Part shown: positions 1 to 7,734 of the stretch, in pieces
How the letters are laid out: each line of letters opens with the position of its first letter
Numbering within the stretch: the stretch's first letter is position 1
Assembly (NCBI GenBank): GCA_049414405.1
Contig: JBMSAQ010000022.1
Coordinates: forward strand, 1 to 32,000
From: Candidatus Nanopusillus sp.
Lineage (GTDB): Archaea > Nanobdellota > Nanobdellia > Nanobdellales > Nanobdellaceae
Reading direction: 5' to 3'
DNA: 32,000 nucleotides
Made by a program: the position numbers and the translations under genes
Notes under the pieces: generated by a model
Databases searched by the model: none
Seen by the model: only the letters and a program-made list of their open reading frames with translations
Told to the model about the DNA's origin: nothing

Positions 1-2
1 TT

Positions 3-320
3 CTTTCTAATTCTACAAAATTTGATGGTGCATTAATAACTTTATTTGGATTTTATTGGGATTTAGTTCCAAATCCTGCTCAAGAAATATACGAACAATT
101 AATGAGTGGATTAACAGACAATTTTACTTTTGATGAAAACACAGGTATGAGAGGTAATAATATATATATGTATGGATCTTCTGGATATTCTGTATCATAC
201 ATAGAATTAGGTCAATGTATTTTTATGAGCATTTATGCTGCAAATATAAATGCTTCTATAAATCAATTACATAAATTTGTTTCTGAGGTAGAGTATTTTT
301 TAAAATCAACATTAAGATAG
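3..320 (+). CDS. hypothetical protein, 5' end cut by window edge
   Basis: Frame 3 is open from nt 3 to TAG at 318-320, so the ORF-track Met at 102 is internal. I recognise no family. It contains NFT and NAS sequons. Confidence 0.4.
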   Translation, partial: LSNSTKFDGALITLFGFYWDLVPNPAQEIYEQLMSGLTDNFTFDENTGMRGNNIYMYGSSGYSVSYIELGQCIFMSIYAANINASINQLHKFVSEVEYFLKSTLR

Positions 321-421
321 TAAAAATTTTTATGTAGGTAATAATATTTATATTTCTGTGTTTTTTGAAAGCTTAAAATCCGATATTAAATTTATTTAAT
401 CTGGAAGATAAATACTTATTT

Positions 422-493
422 TGGACCCGCCGGGATTTGAACCCGGGATCTCTGGCTAGCGAGGCCAGAATCCTACCACTAGACTACGGGCCC
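422..493 (-). tRNA. tRNA-Ala (anticodon CGC)
   Basis: The reverse complement reads GGGCCCGTAGTCTAGTGGTAGGATTCTGGCCTCGCTAGCCAGAGATCCCGGGTTCAAATCCCGGCGGGTCCA. It has a 7-bp acceptor stem with the G3:U70 Ala identity pair and a T-arm CCGGG/TTCAAAT/CCCGG. The anticodon arm is CTGGC/CUCGCUA/GCCAG, giving CGC. There is no intron and no encoded CCA. Confidence 0.92.
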
Positions 494-728
494 TAAAATA
501 TAATTATCTAAAAAATGGTTATATATTCAATATGATTTGAAGAAGTGTTGATATATCTAAAACAACAACACCTCCAGCTGCAAATTTTATATACTCATTG
601 CTAAAAAAAACGAAGGATTCCATGATAGATACAGTTCTATCAATGTATTTACTGTCTATATATTATATATGGCTTTGGAAATATAGGCTAATGCTTATCA
701 AATATGGTTTATAAATATTATAAAAAAT

Positions 729-1094
729 TTATATTATCAATTTTCCCTTTCCTGGAGATCTTATAGATTTCGCGATTTCTTCCCACTTTTCTCCAAAGTT
801 TTGTTTATATAACTCTATTATTTCACTTGTTAATAAATTCTCCTTCTTTAATTTCCAATATGATACTGGTATCTTGTTTTTTAACATTTCTTTTATTAAA
901 TCTTCAGTTTTTATTCCCTTATTTATCTTTAATACTTTATTCGTAGGTTCTAAATGTTTTATATTTACTCTTCTTCTTCTTATATCTCCATCTACTAATA
1001 CAAAATTGTTATCAATTATATCAATTACTACACAATATCTTCCTGCTTCCCTTCCCTTTAATTTTATACATACTCTACCAATGTCTAGCAACAT
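729..1094 (-). CDS. rpl14e: 50S ribosomal protein L14e (eL14)
   Basis: KOW-type N-terminus GRVCIKLKGREAGRYCVVIDIIDNNFVLVDG...RRRRVNIKHLEPT is typical of archaeal L14e. It sits next to L34e as in other archaea. The C-terminus is about 25 aa longer than usual. Confidence 0.85.
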   Translation of the reverse strand: MLLDIGRVCIKLKGREAGRYCVVIDIIDNNFVLVDGDIRRRRVNIKHLEPTNKVLKINKGIKTEDLIKEMLKNKIPVSYWKLKKENLLTSEIIELYKQNFGEKWEEIAKSIRSPGKGKLII

Positions 1095-1096
1095 TT

Positions 1097-1366
1097 TTAT
1101 TGATTAGAATTTAATACTTTTATTTTTTCCCTTACTTTTTCCTTTAATAAATTTTCTAAGCATTTATGACATAAATACCCCCCATACTTTCTGCTAATCC
1201 TCTTTTGCGATAAGTTTAATCTTCTATATCTTGAAGGATGCAATGATGGCAATCCTTGTAATCTTCTTCCACATATTGCACATCTTGGTATATTTCCTTT
1301 CTTTAATTTGACAATTACTGATATTTTACCAGAGGGTGTTTTTCTGATTAAATATGTCTTAGCCAT
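1097..1366 (-). CDS. rpl34e: 50S ribosomal protein L34e (eL34)
   Basis: TPSGK...PRCAICGRRLQG...RISRKYGGYLCHKCL matches the L34e zinc-ribbon signature. The spacer to L14e is only 2 nt. Confidence 0.9.
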   Translation of the reverse strand: MAKTYLIRKTPSGKISVIVKLKKGNIPRCAICGRRLQGLPSLHPSRYRRLNLSQKRISRKYGGYLCHKCLENLLKEKVREKIKVLNSNQ

Positions 1367-1982
1367 TTTTATTATCTATTTTAGATTTTTTTATAAATCT
1401 TGAGTAAATAATGTTATATACTAATAAAGAAATTTGCACTAGAATATACAATACTATATATAAGAGTAAAGGATTCAACCAATTTATATTTATTATTGGT
1501 AAATAAAATGGTAAAGTGTTTGTTATAACGTTTACAGATAATAATTCTGGTTCATATGTTCCGTTTAAAGTTATTATATTGTAGTTTGCACGATAAAAAC
1601 CTAGAAAACTATTATTATAATATATAGCAAAATCTTGATTATATAATATTGGATTTGTTATTAATATACTTGTTGTATTATTTATATTTGTAATATAAAA
1701 TCCTGATTGAAAAGCAAAAATAATAAAAATTAAAACAAAAATTCCAAATATAGTAATAATTATTATGTATTTCATTATTTTTGAATATATTTTAGTAACT
1801 TCCCCCATAATACTATTTAATTCTTCTAATTTTCCAGATTTAAAACTTTCAATATATCTTTTTTGTATCTCTTGCAATTTTTTTTGATGCTCTCTTATTC
1901 CAAGCTTCTTTTCAATTATTTTTATTACTATGGTTACTAATATAACTAAAAAAAGTACATAGAAGAATAGCGTGTTCATCAT
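1359..1982 (-). CDS. membrane protein, probable DUF106/EMC3-like (archaeal YidC/Oxa1-like) insertase
   Basis: Predicted topology is TM1, then a Lys/Glu-rich coiled coil (HQKKLQEIQKRYIESFKSGKLEEL), then TM2 and TM3. It occupies the conserved slot between secY and rpl34e that the DUF106 protein holds in other archaea. An unusual Asn/Tyr-rich loop lies between TM2 and TM3. Confidence 0.45.
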   Translation of the reverse strand: MMNTLFFYVLFLVILVTIVIKIIEKKLGIREHQKKLQEIQKRYIESFKSGKLEELNSIMGEVTKIYSKIMKYIIIITIFGIFVLIFIIFAFQSGFYITNINNTTSILITNPILYNQDFAIYYNNSFLGFYRANYNIITLNGTYEPELLSVNVITNTLPFYLPIININWLNPLLLYIVLYILVQISLLVYNIIYSRFIKKSKIDNKNG

Positions 1983-3334
1983 TTTAGATATTTTCCAATT
2001 AATGGTATTAAATATAACGCATCTGCCCTCTTCAAGTCGTTATATATTTGTCCAGCTATTACTATTAATAGCAATATACTCACCCCAGATATTGCAGAAC
2101 TTAATATATCACTCAAAGATGCTAATAATCCCATTAAAAATCCAGACAAATATCCTATAGGATCTATATATTTTCTTAACATATCTTCTACAATTCTTGG
2201 ATCTCTTGTATATAATGGGGAATTTGGGTTACTTGTTAAATAATTTGCTAAATTTTTTGGATCTAAACCCGTAGAATATATCCAAAATTTAGATATTAGC
2301 ATTCCACCAACTGCAAATAATAAAAAGTAGAATATCACATGAAATATATTGAACGGGACGTATAAATATTCAATTCCAAATAGTCCGATATTTATTATTA
2401 AGTTTGGTGGGGATAATAATTGTACAATTGGATTATTAGGATCAAATCCAAATAAAGATTGTAATTGAATTATTAATGCATAAATAAATATTGCGGGAAT
2501 AACAGAGGTATATAATAATTGTATTGGATATTTAATAATTTCCCCGTTAATGTTTAGATATAATAATGGAACATCTATTTTTAGTGATTGTAAATATACT
2601 GCAAATATTAAAATTCCAATAGTAATAATTGCAGCAAATAAAAATGCAAGACCTAAATTAATATTTCCTTGAGATAAATATAAAATTCCTTCTGGTATGT
2701 ATCCTGTTGGTTGTGTAAACAGACCTGTTGAAGCAGATGGTGGGGAAAGAGGATTAAATAGTCTTAGAACTAATGCAATACTTATTGTAGTTAAAATAAT
2801 AACATTAATTCCAGATGTAATTCCATACTTATATGAAAAATCATCTAATAATAATATAATGATACCACCAATAAATAATTGTAAAAATAAAATAATGTAC
2901 AAAATTATTGGATCTATTCCTAGAAATGTGTTTGGCGATATATTTCCACTGGCGATTAAAATAATACTTTCTATTATAATAAATGTTAATGCAATAAATC
3001 TTGCATAATTGTCAAATTTGGTTTTTCCTTCATCAGTACTTATGTCAATATTTATTATCCTAAGACCAACTAGCAATTGCATAAAAATTCCAGCAATTAC
3101 TATTGGAGCGATTCCTACACTTGCCAAAGTTCCTAAATTAGATCCAAATAACCATAAAAGTTGTTCAAGTCTTGTAGAAACTTCTGGAGACATTCCAAAT
3201 AAAGGTATTGATGCTAGAACAGTATATAATGCAATTACTAATAATGTATTGTATACCCTTTCTCTTAAAGATAATGTTTTTTTTGGTTCTTCGACGGATG
3301 GTAAGTATGAGACTACTTTATCTATTGTGTTCAT
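1979..3334 (-). CDS. secY: preprotein translocase subunit SecY
   Basis: 451 aa with about 10 TM segments. The N-terminal region LRERVYNTLLVIALYTVLASIPLFGM and the overall pattern are typical of archaeal SecY/Sec61alpha. Confidence 0.93.
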   Translation of the reverse strand: MNTIDKVVSYLPSVEEPKKTLSLRERVYNTLLVIALYTVLASIPLFGMSPEVSTRLEQLLWLFGSNLGTLASVGIAPIVIAGIFMQLLVGLRIINIDISTDEGKTKFDNYARFIALTFIIIESIILIASGNISPNTFLGIDPIILYIILFLQLFIGGIIILLLDDFSYKYGITSGINVIILTTISIALVLRLFNPLSPPSASTGLFTQPTGYIPEGILYLSQGNINLGLAFLFAAIITIGILIFAVYLQSLKIDVPLLYLNINGEIIKYPIQLLYTSVIPAIFIYALIIQLQSLFGFDPNNPIVQLLSPPNLIINIGLFGIEYLYVPFNIFHVIFYFLLFAVGGMLISKFWIYSTGLDPKNLANYLTSNPNSPLYTRDPRIVEDMLRKYIDPIGYLSGFLMGLLASLSDILSSAISGVSILLLIVIAGQIYNDLKRADALYLIPLIGKYLK

Positions 3335-3366
3335 AAATAAAACTAATTAAAAACATTTTTAAATTA

Positions 3367-5421
3367 TTAATCAACTTTCTCTCCAGAAAATGTTTCTTGC
3401 CTTCTGCCTGTTCCTCCAAGATCCATTGGTAATTGTGAAAATATTGAAATAGAATATGGAGAGTATCTTGTATATTGAATATAATCTGGAATAATCTGTG
3501 TTCCTCCATATGGCAAGATTGTATTAAATTGGTTTATAATATTTCCATATATATTATAAGGTCTAGCACCAGTAATTAAATTATAATATTCATTTCCATA
3601 CATTGTATGAAATTGATTAGCATAATATCCACCAGGTTCATGTACAATTGTTACTTTTTTATTTTCTAATATATCTCTAATTTTCTCTAATTCTGATGCA
3701 ATAACATCATCCCAACCCATTCCTAATGGTAAATGTGTATCTTCTCCAGCTTGTGCCTCATGGACGTGTAAATGCCTAATTTCTGGTTTAATTTCTTCAA
3801 CCCATTTTAATATATCTTCTTTCTTATATCCATACTTTTCAAACATTTTTATATGTCCAACATCCAATGTAGCTCCTACTCTTTCTTTAACAAATTCATC
3901 TACACTACCATATTTTTTCTCAATTTCTTCTTTTAATTTTTGATAATTATTTATTACTTTTTTTACTTCTTCTCTTATATTATTTAATAATTTTTTCCAT
4001 ATGTCTGGTCTTGTAGCAGGTGCTCCAGGATATGATCCTTCTATATATATATAACCCAAATACTTATCAAAATCCTTATACCACTCATCTTGATTTTTAT
4101 TTATTTCCCTTTCAATTAGCATTCTAATTCCTTCAGCTATTACTTCTGGAGCTGTTTTTATTGCAACTTCTTGATATGGTTTTACAATTGGAATTGGAAA
4201 TTCTGAAAATACTGTATTTTTTAGCTGTGATAATAGACGATTTGTATATTCAATAGATGATATCATATCATTTACAAAATCAAACGTTTTATTCATATAA
4301 TAATCTTTATATGCTGGGCTACTATTATTCTGTACAACTTCTTTAGCAAATTTTGATATTTCATTTTCATAGTTTTCTATTCTCTTTAAGCTATCTTCAA
4401 AATGTTGTTTGTAGAAGGATATCTTATTTCTTACAGCATCTCTTAAATTTGGATCTACTATATCATTTATATTATTTTCTATTGCGTCAATATATTCTTT
4501 TACCTTTTCTAAGAAAGATCTATATTTCTTTAGATCGTATAGAAATTCTCCTATTTTTTCTTGATCTATGCTAGTATATCCAAAATAACTTGTTAATTGA
4601 TAATTGTCTAATAATCTTTTTTTTATTGAATAAAGGTCTCTATCAATATCATTAAATATATTCATCCATACTTTTTCATTTTCTTTATAAATTTCATCAA
4701 CAACAGAAACCGGTTTTCTTGCCCTTCCTACAGCACCAGCCAAATATTTTTCAGGCATAACAAATCCAGCATATTCATAGTTTCCATTTAGATGAATATA
4801 TGCAGCTTCATGTTTTGCAAAGGCCCAAGATGGTACATTTTTTTCTAATGTTTCCATATCAACATTATTACTAACCAACCTATTATATTGTTCTGATGTT
4901 ATAAATCCCAATCTATATAATTTCTCTGCAAAAGATTTTCTAAATTCATAATTATTTAATAGTTCTTCTTTTAATCTTTTTTCAAAATCTTTATCCCATT
5001 GTGTTAATGTAAGATCTCCAGCATGCATGTTTACCTTAATCGGTTCTCCATATATTTTTGCCATTATTCCTGCATTTTCCAATATTACTGATGTTTTGTA
5101 AGCCATCTGCTTTATATTATCTATCCTTATATTCCCTCTTTCATCTGTTGCAGGTAATTGGAAATCACTTTCGGGAGCATGGATTGTAACTTCAACATTA
5201 TTTATTCTTGCATTTCTTGCAATTTCTTCAAATATTTGTCTTGGTATATTTGCCCATCCCTTTTTTCCAGAGAAAGTAAATGTTTGTATTTCTACTCCAG
5301 GATATCCAGCAGATATTTTTGATAAATATGCTTGTAGTTGATTTACAAGTGTAGGATCTGTGCTAGTAGATATTCTCCTATTATATAATTCCTCTGGATA
5401 TTTTTTATCTTCATTATCCAT
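3367..5421 (-). CDS. xylose-isomerase-like TIM-barrel protein, endonuclease IV (AP endonuclease family 2)-like, with large internal insertion
   Basis: By-eye motifs are IHAPES (H81), NMHAGD (H133), YIEGS (E461), LDVGH (D520, H523), LHVHE (H552/H554), EDTH (D561, H563) and IVHEPG (E595). Their order and most spacings match the nine metal ligands of Nfo. About 320 aa of helical sequence is inserted between H133 and E461. Confidence 0.5.
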   Translation of the reverse strand: MDNEDKKYPEELYNRRISTSTDPTLVNQLQAYLSKISAGYPGVEIQTFTFSGKKGWANIPRQIFEEIARNARINNVEVTIHAPESDFQLPATDERGNIRIDNIKQMAYKTSVILENAGIMAKIYGEPIKVNMHAGDLTLTQWDKDFEKRLKEELLNNYEFRKSFAEKLYRLGFITSEQYNRLVSNNVDMETLEKNVPSWAFAKHEAAYIHLNGNYEYAGFVMPEKYLAGAVGRARKPVSVVDEIYKENEKVWMNIFNDIDRDLYSIKKRLLDNYQLTSYFGYTSIDQEKIGEFLYDLKKYRSFLEKVKEYIDAIENNINDIVDPNLRDAVRNKISFYKQHFEDSLKRIENYENEISKFAKEVVQNNSSPAYKDYYMNKTFDFVNDMISSIEYTNRLLSQLKNTVFSEFPIPIVKPYQEVAIKTAPEVIAEGIRMLIEREINKNQDEWYKDFDKYLGYIYIEGSYPGAPATRPDIWKKLLNNIREEVKKVINNYQKLKEEIEKKYGSVDEFVKERVGATLDVGHIKMFEKYGYKKEDILKWVEEIKPEIRHLHVHEAQAGEDTHLPLGMGWDDVIASELEKIRDILENKKVTIVHEPGGYYANQFHTMYGNEYYNLITGARPYNIYGNIINQFNTILPYGGTQIIPDYIQYTRYSPYSISIFSQLPMDLGGTGRRQETFSGEKVD

Positions 5422-5444
5422 TATACATAAAGGTATTTCTGAAT

Positions 5445-7127
5445 TTAATAATTTAACATATTGAATGTTTTTTTAAATGTCATATATGTTTTCCATGCAG
5501 TATCTATTGTCTTTTCTTTTGTTTCTTCTATTATTAATTTTCTTTCTTCTTCAATACTTTTTCTTTTTATATTTTTTTCAATATTTGATAAATCCCTACC
5601 AAAAGTTGATATAACTTTAAGTAACCACATTATAATATTTCCTAAAGTTGGAAATATTAATGAAATACTGGATTCTTTTTTTTCTTCCTTCTTTTCCTCT
5701 TTTTTATCTTCTTTTTTTTCTTTTTCTTCGCTATCAAGATATTTTTTTATCCATGCGATACTTGATAATGATCTTTTTATTCTCCCATCTTTTTCTAACT
5801 CTTCTATAAGTTCTCTTGTCCATCTTATTTTATAAGGATCATTTCTTATTTCTTCTGGTTTTGCATCAGATTTTTCAGCAACTATTTTTAATAGTTTTTC
5901 ATCGCTTTTTATTATATCGTATAAAAATACTTCTAGAATTAAGCCAGACATACTTTTTATATAATCATCTGTTAATCCTGTTATATATGCCAAATCTTCA
6001 CTTTCTTGATTTATTATTATAGAATCATATTCTTCTTTTTCAACTAAATATGCTCTAATTACTATATCTATCCTTCCTAGGAAAGAATACATTCTTGCAT
6101 ACGTATCCGTTCTCCCAACCACAGTGGGTATCGCTCTAGTTTTCATATTTATTTCATATAACGGTATGTAATATTTTTCTATTTCTTTTCCTTCTTTTTC
6201 ATCATATTCTTTTACTTTTACCTCTTTTTGATTTGCTATTAATGAAATATTTATAATTGCCGTTTCAAATGCATTTACAACATCTACAGGTTGATCTGGA
6301 TTTTGCAATAATTTTCTTGCAAATTTAAAATATGGTTTTGCAAATTCAACATAATATAATAGAGAGCTCAATTCATGTTTTAAATAAGATTTTAATAAGA
6401 TTATTCTATCATACAAAACTTTTTTATTATTTTCAAGCCAACTATAAAAGTCTATTAATCTACTACTTAATAAATTATATATTCTTCTATTTATTATTCC
6501 ATTATTAAATAATTCATTTAAATCTCTTGGAGTAGTGTTTGCTTGATCATTAAATAATTTATTATATAATTCTTGACCTATTAATTTTTTATTCTTAAAT
6601 TTTTCAAGTTCAGATTTCAGATCTGCTAGAAAAAATAGATCTACAATACTTGGAAACCTTGATGTTTGTAAGTTAATTAAAGCACCCGTACCTCTTTTAT
6701 AATCAACATTAGATAACCACCTCTCTTTTAGTGATAAATAACTTACAAGAGCCTCTTCGGAATTTTTTGATAATAAATTTTCGTATAATACATATACTGA
6801 ATAGAGTTGTTTATATTCATTCAAAATAGAAATAATTGTTCTTGTCAATGCATTAATTAATTCTGCCAACGATCTTGCATTATTTAATACGTTTGTTAAC
6901 CTTTGTCCCATATCTCCAAAAAATGAAGATCCGACGGATGATGTAAAATCATCAGATAATTTATTAATATCCATCTTTAAACTATCTCTAATAAAATCTA
7001 CAAGCCAAAAATATATTTGTTCCATCCTTATATTTGGATTATCTAATATAAGTTTTATTTCTAATATTTTATGTTTATTGTCTTCAATCTTTTCATTTCT
7101 TAGATCATCAATTTTTATATTTTTCAT
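5445..7127 (-). CDS. hypothetical protein, 560 aa, mostly helical, with Lys/Glu-rich linker and C-terminal hydrophobic helix
   Basis: Long clean ORF lying 23 nt upstream of the TIM-barrel gene on the same strand. I recognise no family. The tract EEKEKKEDKKEEKKEEKKE (aa ~466-485) is followed by SSISLIFPTLGNIIMWLLKVISTFG. Confidence 0.7.
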   Translation of the reverse strand: MKNIKIDDLRNEKIEDNKHKILEIKLILDNPNIRMEQIYFWLVDFIRDSLKMDINKLSDDFTSSVGSSFFGDMGQRLTNVLNNARSLAELINALTRTIISILNEYKQLYSVYVLYENLLSKNSEEALVSYLSLKERWLSNVDYKRGTGALINLQTSRFPSIVDLFFLADLKSELEKFKNKKLIGQELYNKLFNDQANTTPRDLNELFNNGIINRRIYNLLSSRLIDFYSWLENNKKVLYDRIILLKSYLKHELSSLLYYVEFAKPYFKFARKLLQNPDQPVDVVNAFETAIINISLIANQKEVKVKEYDEKEGKEIEKYYIPLYEINMKTRAIPTVVGRTDTYARMYSFLGRIDIVIRAYLVEKEEYDSIIINQESEDLAYITGLTDDYIKSMSGLILEVFLYDIIKSDEKLLKIVAEKSDAKPEEIRNDPYKIRWTRELIEELEKDGRIKRSLSSIAWIKKYLDSEEKEKKEDKKEEKKEEKKESSISLIFPTLGNIIMWLLKVISTFGRDLSNIEKNIKRKSIEEERKLIIEETKEKTIDTAWKTYMTFKKTFNMLNY

Positions 7128-7191
7128 ATATCGATATTAAAATATGTTGGAAAATAAAAATTTTAATATATCAAAAGATATCTATATTTAA

Positions 7192-7734
7192 ATGAAAATG
7201 AATTTAATAATATTATCAAGTAGAGGGTTTGATGAAGACGATCTTTTTAACTTTTTAGATATATTGGATGGTAGAACATATATTGCTATAAGAAATAGAA
7301 AAATTGGAATAGGAAAATATAAAAGTAAAGTATTACCAGATTTTGATATACATGAAATATTCTTAATGAGAGAAAATCATTTTGATAGGTTGATATATAT
7401 TTCTGATGAAGGATATAAAGAATTTTTAAACGTAGAATCTCAAGCTATATTTACAAGATTTATAAATTCATACAGGACGGTTATATTATCTTCTTTATCA
7501 CAAATAGCATTTTTAAAATCCGGATTATTAGCTGGAAGAACAATAACATATAATTATGATGAATATCCACAATATTTAAAATTATTTCCAGATTTTGGTG
7601 TGAAATTGGTAACAAATGCAGATTATGTAGTAGATAGAAATCTAATAACTGTAAAGGGTAGAGACTCTATATATTCTTTAGGTGAAAAATTGAAAGATAT
7701 AGAAGAAGAATTAAGAAAAATTAGTAATATGTAA
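7192..7734 (+). CDS. DJ-1/PfpI-family-like protein lacking the nucleophile Cys
   Basis: By-eye alignment to PfpI: [15 protein letters not shown] aligns with VLFLTANEFEDVEL, and [26 protein letters not shown] with [39 protein letters not shown] aligns with VVVDGNWVSSR. The Cys-His dyad positions are Ser-Leu. Confidence 0.5.
   Translation: [180 protein letters not shown]

Noticed and set aside
519-623. A 34-aa minus-strand ORF (MESFVFFSNEYIKFAAGGVVVLDISTLLQIILNI) in the long spacer.
   Set aside because: It has no recognisable family and no SD or promoter context, and it overlaps the putative tRNA-Ala TATA region. I cannot distinguish it from chance.
2697-3509. Three tracked ORFs (103, 113 and 63 aa) overlapping secY and the TIM-barrel gene. 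Two lie on the opposite strand and one is out of frame.
   Set aside because: They lie entirely inside, or straddle, strongly supported genes. Their composition is low-complexity Ile/Asn/Leu, typical of antisense frames in AT-rich DNA, and they carry no motifs.
5670-5735. A long pyrimidine-rich low-complexity tract (ttcttttttttcttccttcttttcc...), considered as a tandem repeat or mobile-element remnant.
   Set aside because: It is in frame within the 560-aa ORF and simply encodes the Lys/Glu-rich linker. It has no defined repeat unit and no flanking direct or inverted repeats.
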